Origin: Lama glama
Lineage: Eukaryota
Assembly: GCA_028534125.1 (NCBI GenBank)
Contig: CM052818.1
Coordinates: 37,388,001-37,452,000, forward strand
DNA length: 64,000 nucleotides
Direction: 5' to 3'
Positions 1-13,069 of the stretch are shown here, piece by piece. Position 1 is the stretch's first letter; each line of letters begins with the position of its first letter. The translations under genes and the position numbers were made by a program. The notes below the pieces were generated by a model, which was not told the DNA's origin, ran no database searches, and saw nothing but the letters and a program-made list of their open reading frames with translations.

Positions 1-76
1 ACTCTCTCTCTCACTCCTTCCCACCCCCCGACTCTCTCTCATACTCTCTTTCTTTCTCTCTCTCTCTCTGTCCCTC
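1..76. repeat. (CT)-rich low-complexity tract
   Basis: Imperfect (CT)n runs seen directly. Confidence 0.85.
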
Positions 77-99
77 TTATATTTCTCCTGGCTGGTAAA

Positions 100-183
100 A
101 TGGCCGGCATATCCCCTCCTGGTTGGAAGTTACCCCCATATGAGATAACTTGGGATATTTGCCTCGGTAAACTTCGATGTGGG
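100..183 (+). other. Candidate exon, possibly a first coding exon (MAGISPPGWKLPPYEITWDICLGKLRCG)
   Basis: aaaATGG strong Kozak at 100, 28 open codons, GGG|gtaagg donor at 184, unique sequence. Peptide not recognised. Confidence 0.3.
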
Positions 184-759
184 GTAAGGACTGTTTTACT
201 CTCTTACTTTGGCTCTTCTGCTCTTTCTTCCTCCTTTTCTCTGGATCTTTAACTAACATCAGTAGAGATTTGAAAGAACAAGAAATGTGTTGAACAAAAA
301 TATAAGCATTTGAGCAACAAAGATCCATACACAGAGAAAAATGTTCCTATAGATTATTACATTAAGGGGGAAAGAGATTCATTTGTAGGGTTAGGAGATG
401 TGTCTCTGGGATTTTAAACTAACTAAAAAATCTGGGGAAGTGTTCAATGGTATAGAATTTGGGCTTTGGGACCTCCAGGTTCAGGGAATGACAGGTAAAA
501 ACAGACGAGCTGCCCTAGATTCTGTTCATCTGTAGCTTGTGCTGAACTCTTTTCCCACCTTGATGAACTGTTTATTCCCCCTTAAATTGAAATTAAATTG
601 GAAGTTGATAAGTTCTAAACAATAGGAAAATACACTCAACAAAATATCAAATACGCAGGCATCTCTCAGCCAGAATGAAGAAATGTTAACATTTTATGGC
701 TTCTGCTTCAGATTTCATATTGTTGTTTTTTCAAATAAAAGATATATAACATCATGGGA

Positions 760-1435
760 GACAGTAAAGTCCTCTTTGTTCCTCGTTGCAATCATGATAT
801 TTTAACTCCTTTTCCCAGGGATAAACATTATCCCAGATATGGTGTTTGCCTTCCTGTTCATGTTTTAATTATTTTGTCATGGTATCTATAAGTAAAGCAT
901 TGCTTATATTGTTTAAAATATATACAGTTGCTATTATAGCCTGTGTATTATTCCAGAAGTTTTTTATTCAGCACTGTTTTTGAGATCTATCCACGTTTAC
1001 GTATATTAATCTAGTTTTTATTGCTATAAGAATTGTGTGAATGCACAATTATTTATTATTCATTCCTTAAACTGAGGACAGCCCTGGAATAGGTATTTTC
1101 ATGCATGTCATCTGTGGTCAATATGTGCACAGGTTTTTCTTGGGTTTATATGTAAAATCAGCATTGCTGAGTCACAGTTTATATATTTCATTATATCCAC
1201 ATATTGACAAGTTTCCCTCTAAAATGTTTTACCATTTATTCTTCCACCGGTAGTGAATGATTTTCAGTTTTCTTTGTCCGTGTCAAAACTTGGTAGTATC
1301 AGACATTTTTTTGTTTTTTTGAACTTAATTGGTATTAAATTACATACATAAAATTTTCCTTGATAATTAAAGAAGATGAGTGTTTCTTCATATAGTTGTT
1401 GGCCTTTGATGTTTATTATTTTGTGATTACCTATT
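760..1435 (-). mobile_element. Old L1 (L1M-type) 3' fragment
   Basis: Antisense L1 3' motifs such as tgagatctatccacg, attgctgagtca, gatgagtgtttcttcata. Confidence 0.7.
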
Positions 1436-1455
1436 TAAAAAAACAACAAAAACAT

Positions 1456-2008
1456 TGTTAAGGGAAACATATACGGAGATCTGTGTCCACATAGCATAAA
1501 TATTAATACTGAGAACTGAGGCCACCTGAGTCACCATGTCTACATGATTTATGCCATCAATTCTTGCCCAAGAAGATGAGGCTGTAAACCAATAAATATT
1601 TCTCTATTTGCTTCAAGAAGTTCTCACAAACCAATAGTTCTAGGCAAAGAGTGTGCCCACTGGGCAAATGGTTGCCTTACAAGATATTAGATTGTTCACC
1701 TGGGTAAACAACTGGTTTGTCAAACAACTGTTTATTTATCATGACTTACTTCAAAATCATTGCCTCTGCCTGACCACCAGAAGTATGTCACAAGCTTCTC
1801 TCAATACCAACCAGTTCTGCACGATGAAAGAACCACTTTAAATCACTGGAGCCCAAACTCTAAAACCTATAAATGTCCTTCCTTGATATCCTCATTCTGA
1901 GTCACTACTATGACTCTGACAAGGTGTTCTCTCTTACTATAATAAGTCTGATACATTTAGCCTTGGTAGATCAAAATGTCATCTTTGGGGAGTCAAAACT
2001 TGACAACA
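1456..2008 (+). mobile_element. Solo ERV1-type LTR (MER90/MER110-like)
   Basis: TG...CA ends, about 550 bp, TATA-like cctataaat near 1866; 3' part resembles recalled MER110-type LTR ends. Confidence 0.55.
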
Positions 2009-2014
2009 CAGAAG

Positions 2015-3520
2015 TAGGAAAAATAATGTAATGATTTCTCCTCCTCACATACCTGTCACCCAACTTAAATAATAGACAATGTTGTTCCATCTGTATCCCT
2101 ACTCACTTCCTCCTTCATGTCCAGATATTTTGAAGTAATCCTTGACGTCATATCATCTCAGCCCATTTGTTAGATTCGTATTTTCTTACTCAACAGTCAA
2201 ATGCATTCGGCAAATTTGTACTTTTTCTATTTTATGTACTGCAAATATCTTCTCCAATTTGGTTGTTTGACTTTTTCTTTGTGATTCGTTAATATAGAGA
2301 AGGCATTTTTTCTGAATAATTTTCCAGTGTATTTTACTAACCTATTTTTTAAAAGCACATGGAAACTTTTACTGTATATGAGATTAGGTAGACATCTAAG
2401 TTGATCTTTTGTATATAGAAATGAATGGTCCCAGAACTATTTTTAAATACTTGTTTTCTTTGTCCTTAACTTGTAATGCTCTCTTTGTCATCTACTAAGT
2501 TCCCATATATGTATGAGTCTAAATACTATCACAGTATTCTGTTCCATTGATCTTTGTCTATCCCCACATGAGTACCTTATGATTTTAATTCAACTTTATC
2601 CTAATTCAAGGTCTCTAGTATGGCATACGCCAACATATTGTTCTTTTTATAATCACAAAATTTTTGGATGTTCTTGAATCTAAACCACGTTTAACTTAAA
2701 ATCTGTTTGTCTACATTTCTTAAAATTCTGTTTGAGACTTTTCTGAAATTATGTTAACTTTATAGGTTACTTTCAGAACAAATGATACAGAAATGATAAT
2801 GAACATAGTGGACATTGAGAACCATGCACACAGTCCATTCAGATTTTCTTTTATGTACCTTTAATCACACTGTGATTTTTTTTCGGAGTATTTTTGTGTA
2901 TCTTTTCTCAAGATTGGTTCTAGATGTCCTGTAGATTTTCTGAGTCAACTCTTAGTTTTAGAATTGTTGTAGATTTACAAAACACATTGCATAGGTGGTT
3001 GAAGTTCACAGTGGTTTTCTTCTCAGTGGATGTACTGTTAACAATTTATAGCTTCTTTCTTTGTAACCATTTATGCTTTTTACTTCAAATTTTCTTTTCT
3101 TATATAGATATTTCTCTACCAGCTTCCTTTTTAGTAATATTGCCCTTTTATATATTTTTCTGTCCCTCTGTATTAAACTTTTGGATTCATTTTCTTCTTA
3201 AGTTAACTCTTTAAGCAGTTTATCTGCTATGTATGTATATACATGTGTATATATATATTCTGTATGAAAATGGGTAAATAGGTATATATTTCCTTTACAG
3301 TTGTAGGATTGCTACTATATTTGAACCCTTTGTGGCTTTATGTTTTTACATTAGAACATCCCTAAAATTAGACTTCTTACAATTAATGATTTTCTCTTAT
3401 TTTCTGCCTTCTGTGGATTGATTTTGGTTTTATTACATTTGTTTCTGCTTTTCCTGTGGATTGCTTTTTATTATTCACTTTTCTTTTACTTGTCTGGGAA
3501 GCATGGATTTTATTTCTGTT
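2015..3520 (-). mobile_element. Old L1 fragments (L1MC-like 3' end plus ORF2 remnants)
   Basis: tattttgaagtaatccttgacgtcatatcatc motif and T-rich antisense ORF2-like text (tattctgttccattgatc). Confidence 0.65.
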
Positions 3521-3999
3521 ATTTTAGTGCCTACCATTTGTGCTATGCTTGGTAAACCCTTTGTATGTCTGTCTTATAGATAAGGTAATAAAGCCATAGA
3601 ATGGCATGAAAAAGGATGTTGTTAATGTAAAAAATAAATTGGGTCCAAAGAAACTCCATTTCAGAACCAATAAATAAAATACAAACCACAGAGCAAAGAA
3701 CAGACACAAATGAAAAGTGAATCTATATTTTGAATAAAAAGAATGCAGAACACAAAGGCAAAGGACTCAAGATAATTAGAAATAACAGCTAGAGAGAACA
3801 GAAGTTTGTAATTAAATGCAAGGACAATTGATTTCTTTTAATTAGAGAATACAATACAATACATGCAAACTAAACAAAAACTAAAACAGTATAATTTCAT
3901 GAAATGAATAGGAATTGAATATACGCATAAAAGACATTGTTCTTATACTCATAGGATGCATTGTTTAAAGATAAGAGATTAATGTGACCATAATGAGTG

Positions 4000-4920
4000 A
4001 GTAAGCACATAGTTACAAGAGGACAAATTTCTGTAAATAAGACATAATAATATGTATATAATGGGGCAACTTATTCAACATTGAAATTTAGGGGAAAACT
4101 TCTTGAGAGCTGAGGAAGGAATAGATGTTAACCTACTGAAGCAGGGAAAAGCACCCCAAAAGTAGTAGAAATAGCGTGTATAAAGACTTGAGCTGAGGAA
4201 ACACATGGAATGTTTTAGGAAATGAAAATAAATATATTGTTATGACCTGAATTGTGTCCCCTCCTTCCAAATTCAACTTTTAAAGCCTTGAGGCTCATTG
4301 CCTTAGAATGTTGACTGCATTTGGAGATAGAGCCTTTAAAGAGATAATTACATTAACACGAGGCCATTAGGTTAGGCCCTAATTGACTCTGACTCATGTC
4401 CTTACATGAAGAGAAAATTCGGACTCACAAAGATACGTCAGGGGTGCGTATGCACAGAAGAAAGACTCTGTAAGGACACAGGGAGAAGCCCCAGGAGAAA
4501 TCAGACCTGCCAACGCTCTCATCTCGGACTTGTAGCCTCCAGAGCTGCGATAAAATACCTGTTGTTTAAGCCACCCAGTCTGTGGTGGTGTGCGGTGTCA
4601 GTGCTGGTGAACAATTACGTGCGTGGAGTCCAGCTGGAGTTGAGAGAGCAAGGAGGAGAATGCAGCGAGATGAAACTGACATGAAAAACACAAGGCTCAA
4701 TCCTGCAGGTTTTGCAAACCGTGCAAAGGGTGGTTTTCTCTATGTTAAGTGGAATGGGGAGCAACTGAAGAGTTTAGAGCAGGGCTATGACCTAATCAGA
4801 TCTACATTTTACAAAGATCAGTCGAGCTATGATCACTTACGGGAAATGGCTTGGAGGAAGCCCAGACTGAAGGCAAGGACGGTGGGAAGGATTTTACACT
4901 AGCCCAGGAAGAGATGAAGG
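4000..4920 (-). mobile_element. L2 fragment interrupted by an MLT1 LTR
   Basis: Purine-rich L2 antisense motifs on both sides of the LTR (gagcaactgaagagtttagagcaggg, atctacattttacaaagatc). Confidence 0.65.
4238..4619 (+). mobile_element. MaLR solo LTR (MLT1A/B-like)
   Basis: Starts tgttatgacctgaattgtgtccc; has tttggagatagagcctttaaagag and tgttgtttaagccacccagtctgtgg. Confidence 0.85.
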
Positions 4921-4921
4921 T

Positions 4922-5270
4922 TGCAGTGGACTGAATGTGCCCCTCCCCTCCCACAGTTCACATGTTGAAATCCTAATCTCCAATGTGATAGTATTTGGAG
5001 ATGGGGCCTTTGGAAACTAACCAGGCCTTGATGGTGGTGCCCTCGTGACTGGATTAGTATAAAAAGTGACAGGAGAGAACTTGCTGCTTCTTTCTCTCTG
5101 CATCCTGTGACGATACAGCAAAAAGGTACCTTTCAGGAAGATGGTCCTCACCACAATCTAATTAGCTGACACCTTGACTTTGGACTTCCCAGCCTCTAGG
5201 ACTGTAAGAAATAAACTTTTGTTGTTTAAGCTAATGGCATTCATTAGAGTAGACCAGGCTGACTAAAATA
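4922..5270 (+). mobile_element. MaLR solo LTR (MLT1A-like)
   Basis: tgcagtggactgaatgtg, gtatttggagatggggcctttgg, ttggacttcccagcctctaggactgtaagaaataaa. Confidence 0.85.
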
Positions 5271-5379
5271 AAGGCAGTCTACTCTGTGATTTCACCTCCT
5301 AGTCTGCTACCGTACCTTGTGTACTTAGTATTTCATACTTCTCTCTTCTCATGGAAGTGTCCCTACCTCCGTCATGCCA

Positions 5380-5560
5380 GTTAAAACACTGCACAGTAAT
5401 TGAACCATTTACTTACATGTTTACCTGCATTAAACGTTGTGCTGTCTCTTCCGGTAGGAGTGTTGTCTGACTTATCTTGCTTTTTGGAGCAGTGCATGGC
5501 ATCTGAAGTACTCAGCAAAAGACTTGTTGAACAAATGAATAAGTAAATGCATGAATGAGT
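5380..5560 (+). mobile_element. L2 3' end
   Basis: Ends in ttgttgaacaaatgaataagtaaatgcatgaatga, the typical L2 terminus. Confidence 0.65.
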
Positions 5561-7529
5561 TATCTTTCCAGAAATTCTGCAGCGTGGCTATTGTATTTTT
5601 ATTCTGACGTCTTCTTGACGCCATTGTATCCTTGCAGTGTTTTGTATCTTGTAATGACTTGCACCAATGTAGAAATGTCATCCATCTGCCTGCCATGGAG
5701 AAGTCAGATTTGTCACCTTCTTTATTTGATTCTCCAAAAAAAAAAAACCCTCCTACCTTTTGCTTTGATTTATCCATTTAATCTGCTCTTTTTATCTCTC
5801 CAGGTACTATGAATCATGTGCTTTCTTATTTCTGGCTCTGCTTGGAAAACTGGTCAGTGTCTTTACTGATATCTTGCGTCTGGGGCTTTGTATCATAGGT
5901 TGTGATTGGTTTACCAGAGGCACTGTTTGCATTTTGTATGCATTGTTTGATGTCTCTTTGTTTTTCTTCCTAACTGTGTTTGTTCTGAAGTGAGTAAGAT
6001 GGGCATCTCCAAACACTGATATCTGAGTTCTCCTGAGGTCCCCCTGAGTCGTCACTGGAAACTCTCTTCACTGAGGCACACCTGCCCTTTGTGCAGAACG
6101 AGAGGTTGGATGAAGAAAGTTGCTGAGTGTTAGGGAGACTCTCATTCTGGACTCCAGATGTCTTTGTTACTGATAACCTCAAAAAAGATGACTGATTACC
6201 TAGTCATTCTGTGGAGGTTTGGGTTTTCCAGGCTAGTAACAGTTGACACAAAAAAATAAATCCAGTGAGCCTTTCAGCTTTGTTGGAAATGCTTTATTGT
6301 GTGCTGCAGATTGAAAACCAGATCCTATTTCTATACTGCATATCTGGGTAGATTGTGTTTCCTGAAAAGGATTTCAGAAAGTGAGCAAAGGAAGCTTCAA
6401 CTTTGCAAATGTCACCCCTTCATTTACCTACCACATTTATATATTCATCTTTATAACATATAATATATATATTTTATTTGTAGTATATGCACATATTCAC
6501 AACTATTTGCTAGAACTCTCCTAGTTACTTGGGTTACAGCATGAATAAGACACAGTGTCTGTCTTCAGGGGAATGTTCAAGTCAGTGAGGAATATAAAAA
6601 TATTAAAATACCTGTAATACATTGTGTCACTTCCATGATGGGCATATGCAAATGGAGCTGCCAACGTGCCCCTGGGCTCCTCCTATTTCTTTATGTGGAA
6701 CTGGCCTGGAGCGTGTCAGAAGTCTGATCGTTCTTGGCCCTTTGGAGTTGAAAACAGAAGACCTGACCGTACATTAATCGTTTTGAAAGGTAATGAAGTA
6801 GAAGTTTAGGTTTCACACTCAGAAGAATGAGCAGAAGTGGAGAAGGAATCAGAAAATAGAAATGTCTCTGTGTTAATTTTATCACCCGCCCACCCCGCAG
6901 AGAAGTGAGTATTTCAAAACTGGAAGACTAGAGCTGTACCCAAAGGTCGTAGTGGGAAACCTAGTGATTCTCGTTTTAGCATTTAAGACTAACTGGCATA
7001 TGTTCCTGGCAATCTCACTGCATAAATTATGTTTTAAATAAATGAAGGAGGAAACCTCCTCAGGAAATGAGGACATTCAAATTTAGAATTTCAAAACTGA
7101 GCATCATTTTTCTGACCCCTAAACAAGTTGCCCTTCTGTTTGTGGAGTATGCTGTAATGTGTCCGCATGCATACTGAGAGATCAAGGGGGGGAGTGTCTC
7201 AGGCTGTACAATGGAGGTGAAGAAAGAAAGGGGAGGATGTATTTGGAGAGTCAGTGGGGAGTTAAACATATGGGGGAGTTTTGAGTGGATGTAACAATCC
7301 TTTGGTAGCCTATGGAATTCAAGCACAGAACAATGTCAGTGTCATTTCTTTGGGTTGCTGGAGGAGACATGATAAAGCCGGTAGGGGTTGATGAAAGAAA
7401 TACCTGAACCCGTGAGTGAAAGTGATGTGAAGACTGGCTCCCAGACTTCTGTTATGTCTTTCCAGAGTCGCAAAGGACCTACCTCATAGCTGCTCAATCA
7501 ATACTGCTATTAAAAGATACGATTTCTTG

Positions 7530-7735
7530 AGCTCTGACAATGCAGTAGGCATGATTTGAAGCTTAACATCTAGCGCGTGTTAAGTCATTTAATCGTTCCA
7601 ACAGCTCCAGGAGAGGGGCTTGCTATTCTCAGTTTCAGATGAGGAAACAGAATAAATAACTACCCTGAAGTCACACTGCAGGAAAATGAGCGAGCGCAGA
7701 TTGAGTGAAGGGAGGCCCAGCTCCAGAGCTCATTA
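7530..7735 (-). mobile_element. MIR SINE
   Basis: Core cagatgaggaaacag...gtcacac...ccagagc. Confidence 0.7.
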
Positions 7736-9379
7736 TGAGATTCTTGACCGGGATGTGAGTGATCTGGTGATCCTTAGCTGAAGTGTTTCCGTGGAACTCA
7801 GGGTGCCATGGAAATCACTAAGTTAGATGTTGGCTCACTTTGAGGAGAATATACCTATATATGAAACCCAGAAATCCACTAGCCAGAGCTGGATTTTTGG
7901 TCTCTCTGCTCCAGATTCCTCCCACAAGACTTGCTGTGTATAATGGATTAAAGCTTGAGCACGAAGGGAAGCTTGGTCAGGAGAGCGCAGTGCGGGGCAC
8001 TTTGTGAGAAGGGGCTTCTTGTCCCGGTCTGGTTGCTCTGTTTGCTTCTGCTGCCCTGGCCGCATAACTGGGCTGCGGTGTGGGTGTGCCTGGGTGCCCG
8101 GTGGGGCAGAGCCACACCCCCGGAAACACAGTCCCCCAGAGGCCTCACGGCCCCGGCCCAGGCCTGCTGACCACTTTCTCACAGCTCTCCTGACTCACGG
8201 TGAACACCGTGCGCTCCAGGCCTGTGCCTGTAGGAATGCCTGGTCCGCTCTGTCTGTCCGCTCACCAGCATTGGCTCCCTCATGACCTGGAGGGCTGTTC
8301 CCACTTGCTCAGCCATTGTGGACAAACAAGCTTCGGCCTGGGCACAGCAGCCAGCCCCTCCACCCCCGGGTAGTCTGCGACTCATGCTACGCTACTCCTC
8401 CAGTGGGCCCTGAACCCCAGCCTTGGAGAGGCACCTCCCTGCCAAAGCTCTCTTTACATTTTTACGGTTATTCTCTCATCAGAGGTTAATATTATTTATA
8501 TCAAGTTTCCCCTGTTTAAAATTACGATGCCGTTTCTGTTTCCTGATTGGACCCTCCCGAACTGATATAAAAGCCAAGCAGCCTGAGTACTGTGGAAACC
8601 ATGACACACACAAAAGGCACATGAAAGCGTGTTTCTCAGTCAGTGCAGTTTCAAATGGAAGAAATGATGGAGGGAGCTCAGTCAGACTCGTGTATGTGTG
8701 TGTCTAAGTTTTAAAGTTGAGAGTAGTGTTTATACTTAGATATTCTGATGATGAATCTTGGTCCCGGGAAGAGGAGATCGAGGAGCCAATTTCCTACACA
8801 TTAGACAATACTTCCCATCTAAATGCCAGATTGAGCAACTCAAGGACACAGAGTGAATCTGAATCCCTCCTTTGAGGGATTCAAGTCCGTAAATCAATGA
8901 CGAGATTACACTTAGTGATGCCTTTTGAAATTTACAAGAAAGATAATGTGTGTAACATTCTTCAAAAATTGACTAATTCAAGTATAATTCAGAACAATTT
9001 ACTAATGTGCAGTGATTTATAAAGAGACTTCGTTTTGCTTAAGAATTTCCAAATGAAATGCATGCATGAGAGAGAATAGCAGAATAGAAATGGCTCTTAA
9101 GAGCTATGAAACAGGTGGGATGTCCTGTAGAAAATGCTGTGACCAGGGCATTCAGAGTTGACTCACATGCATCTTTCAATGTGACAATGTCCAGTCTGTA
9201 TGACGCGTGATTGGTCCTGGGTGCTGCATCTCTTCCCGGGACCTGAAATGTGTCCCTTAGCGTGAGCGACATGGGCGATGTGATGAGCAGGGCAGACAGC
9301 ACAGTTTTTATATAATGAGAATGGTTGTGGAGCAAATGGTGGATCCAAACACATTAGTCATCCTCTTAGCATTTTTGTT

Positions 9380-9665
9380 TTATTTTATCTCACATATGCC
9401 TTCCACCTCCCCTACTGGATTATAATAAGGAAAATTCCAGGTATTATATTAGGTTGAATTGTGACATTGCTGATATTTGAAAACTTTTGACCAATGAAAA
9501 CATCCATTTTATATGATTCAATTTAATACCACTTTACCTAGGAATATTTCAGTACATAGTCCAAAAGATAAGTTATTTTAAAATATGGTTGAAATACCAT
9601 TATCACACCAACACATACAACAGTTTCTTTAATATAATCAAATATCTAATAGTTGTTCAAAGGAC
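9380..9665 (-). mobile_element. L1MC-like 3' fragment hosting a MADE2
   Basis: aataccattatcacacc and tttaatataatcaaatatc motifs. Confidence 0.55.
9447..9528. mobile_element. MADE2-like mariner MITE
   Basis: About 80 bp with inverted ends TATTAGGTTGAAT...ATTCAATTTAATA and TA flanks; matches the recalled MADE2 consensus. Confidence 0.8.
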
Positions 9666-9719
9666 TTTGAATTTCTATCTTTTAATAGTTGTTTTGTCTG
9701 TAACTTTCTTTTCCTGTCT

Positions 9720-12700
9720 GGTCCTAGTTAAGTTTTCATAGCAGGGTCAGTTTGGCCTCATGAAGTGATTTCGAAGTGTTCCCTCAGCCTCTGTTTGATG
9801 AAAGAGTTTGCATATGCTTGGTATCATTTGTAGTTTAAATGGTTGATAGATTTTCCTAGTGTAACCTGTCTAGACCTAAAGGTTTCTTTTTGGGGAAGAT
9901 TGAAGCTACAAATTCAATTTCTTCAAAAGACGTAGGGCCACTCATATTTTATATTTCTACCTGTGGCCAATTTGATGCACTATTTTTTCGAGGACTTTTT
10001 CCATTTCAGATTTTTGACGTCATTGGTATAAAGCTGTTTATAATAATTCAGTGTTTTTTCTTTTTAGATAAATCTGTGAAATCAGTAGTGGTTATTGTTA
10101 TTGACCATGATTTAATTCTGTTGTTGTAAGAGAATATACTGAGTGACTTCAATTCTTTAAAAGAAATGAGACTTGGTGTACTACCCAAAAACAGAATATG
10201 TTTAAAGCTGTCAGATGCCGTATTGCACAAATATTAATTAAATCAGGATAACTTCCATTGCTATTCAAATATCCTTTATTGCTACTGAACTTTTTGTCTT
10301 CTTGTCTAACAATTGCTACAAAAGGAGTGTTGAAATCTCGAACTCTATTTATTTTTCTCTTTAGGATTTTTTTCGTTTTAATTTTCCCTTATTTGAAGAT
10401 CCATCATTAGATGTAGATTCATTTTTATTCAGTATTCTGATGTCTTGACAGAATTACACTTCCATGCTTATAAATGCCTCCCTTCACTTTAAGTGAAACT
10501 TATTTTAAAGTCTGATATTATTAGAGCTACTTTCTGCTTTCTTTTTAAAAAAATTTTTTAAATTTAAGTACCATCAGTTACAGTGTGTCAGTTTCTGGTG
10601 TACAGCACAATGTCCCAGTCATGTGTATACATACATATATTCGTTTTCATATTCTTTTTCATTAAAGGTTATTACAAGATATTGAACTTAGTTCCCTGTG
10701 CTATACAGCAAAAACATTTTTTTGAATCTATTTTTATATATAGTGGCTAACATTTGTAAATCTGAAATTCCCAAATTCATCCCTTCCCACCCCCTTTCCC
10801 CGGCAATCACAAGATTGTTTACTGTGTCTGCGAGTCTGCCTCCATCCTGCAATTGAGTTCATAGTGTCCCTTTTGCTTTCTTAAGCTTGGTAGTTGAAAA
10901 TTTCTATATTCCATCCACACAGTAGTGCTGTATGTACCATTATATTTAATGTACTTAGATGTAGTTGATCTGGAATTTTTATCTAGCTTGACTGGATAAG
11001 AAATTCTCTTAATTGAGGGAATGCGTTTATTTATATGGTTGGATATAAGTCTAGCAGCTTGACTTTTTTTCCTTTTGTTTGTCCCCTTTCCTTTTTTTCC
11101 TCCTTTCTGCCTGCTTTTGGGTTAATTAGAAGGTGTTTTCCAGTATTTTATCATATTTTGTCTAGTAGGTTTTTTTGTTTTAATTTGGTATTCACTTTTA
11201 GCACTTGATCAAGGAATCATACATGCATCCTGAACTTATTATTGCTTCACCTACAATATAAGAACTTTACAAAAATATGAATCAGTGTACCCCCTCTTCT
11301 TGTGCTAATTTAGGCATGTATTTTTATATCTACATGTATTTTGAAGCCCAATATAGAGTACTAATACCACTTTTCTTTAAACATTTAACTATTTTTTAAA
11401 TAATTAAAAAAAACAAGAAATACCAAAATTTTTACTATTTCCAAAGCTCTTCATTTCTTCCTCTAGATACGATTTCCCATCTGGTACCATTTCTGTCCTT
11501 TTGTGTTTCTTAGAGTGAGTTTCTTCTAGCTGAGATTCTCTCAGCTTTCATGTATCTGAAAACATCATCTAAAAGTATTTCTGAAGGCTATTTCCACCAG
11601 GTGTAGAATTCTAGGATGTTTTATTCATTCAATATTTTAAAGGTTTTGTTCCATCAGTTTTTCTTCTCTTTCTGATGAGAAGTCAGTCATCCTTGTTCCT
11701 TTGGCTGCTCTTAACGATTTTTCCATTATCTGTGTTTTTAGCAGTTTGGATATAATATGCTTAGCTGTGGTTTTCTTCGTATTTACCTGCTTGTGGATTG
11801 CGGAGCATTTTGGATCTATTGGCTGATGTCTTTAGTCAAATGCAGAAAAATTTGAGCCAGTATTTTCTGCCCCATTTTCTCTTTTTGGGGGTCCAATTAT
11901 ATGTATGTTGGAGGTCTTGATATTGTCCCCAAAATTATTGAGGTTTTATTGTTTCAGTCTTTTCTTCTATTAATGCTTCTGGCTGGAGAATTTCCATTGA
12001 CTTATCAATAAATTCTGTATTTCTTTACCTGCTGTGTTCAATCCACTCAATTTCACTCACTGATTTTCTTATGTTACATGTTGCATTTTTTGTTTAATTC
12101 TAGGATTTCTGTTTGGTCCTTCTTTAGAGATTTTATTACTTTTCTAAAATTCACCATTTCTTCACCTAATATATCACTCTTTTCCTGAAAAATGTTTTGA
12201 CATTTTTTATGATAATATCCTTGTTTGCTAATTCTGATCTGGATCATTTTAGGTCTTCTTCTATTGGTATTTTTTTTTTCTTTTGAGTGTAGATTACATT
12301 TTCCTGCTGCTTGGAATATTAATAGCAGTATTCAATTACATTAGATACTATGAGGTTAAGGCAATTACAAAATTACTGGTAGATCATCTTGATGTTATGA
12401 ATGCTTAGATATAGGATTTGTTACTTAAATTTTGTCTTTAATCTTAGTGTATACCTCTTAGTGCTAGACATATTCCTACTTTTATGGCATTGTCCTTCCA
12501 AGATTTTAAGAGTAAGTCTGAGTTTACCAACCCCTTCTAACATGGCAGGAATTGAACTCTGAAATTTTCCTCCCAGCACTGAAAAGCTGTTGGAAATCTC
12601 CACTCAGCTCTTTTAGCCTTTGAACCCTCCTCCTTCTCTTAACTTGAAACTTGGTTTCTACTCTTGCTCTGTGCATATCCAGATCAGAAGTCAGTCTAGA

Positions 12701-13030
12701 TTTGAATGGTGTATGCAGAATTGAGATTTGTCTTCTCAGTTTCTCATCTGGCAGCTCTGAAGTCTTCCCTTACTCCTCGCCAGATAAGGCTATCATTTTG
12801 CACTTGAGCCCTATCCACCATACAACGTGAACAAGAGAATACCCTAGGGAAAGAACTGGTTTACGGTGGATCTCACCTAGTTTATTTCATTGCTTTCAAG
12901 GGCCACATCTCCTCTTATGTCTGCCTACTCTTAATTGCCCACCAATGACTTCAACATGGTTTTCTTTATCTTGACTAGAGTTTGCGGGAGGAGGTTTAAT
13001 CACATACAAGCTAGTTCATCATTATTGAAA
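9720..13030 (-). mobile_element. Old L1 (ORF2 start, ORF1 and 5' region remnants) with a younger L1 nested inside
   Basis: Antisense L1 motifs: ggagtgttgaaatctc, tctgatattattagagctac, tttctgatgagaagtcag, atatgtatgttggaggtcttgatattgtccc. Confidence 0.75.
10544..10870 (-). mobile_element. Young lineage-specific L1 3' end, 5'-truncated
   Basis: T-rich start; closely similar to 17873-18200; flanked by direct repeat tgctttctt (10535-10543 and 10874-10882). Confidence 0.85.
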
Positions 13031-13069
13031 GTGATACTTCTTAACCGCTAGTTTAGTCTCTCATCTGAA

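Noticed and set aside
7835..8420. GC-rich region with overlapping ORFs on both strands
   Set aside because: GC content suppresses stop codons; no recognisable protein and no convincing splice-site pair.
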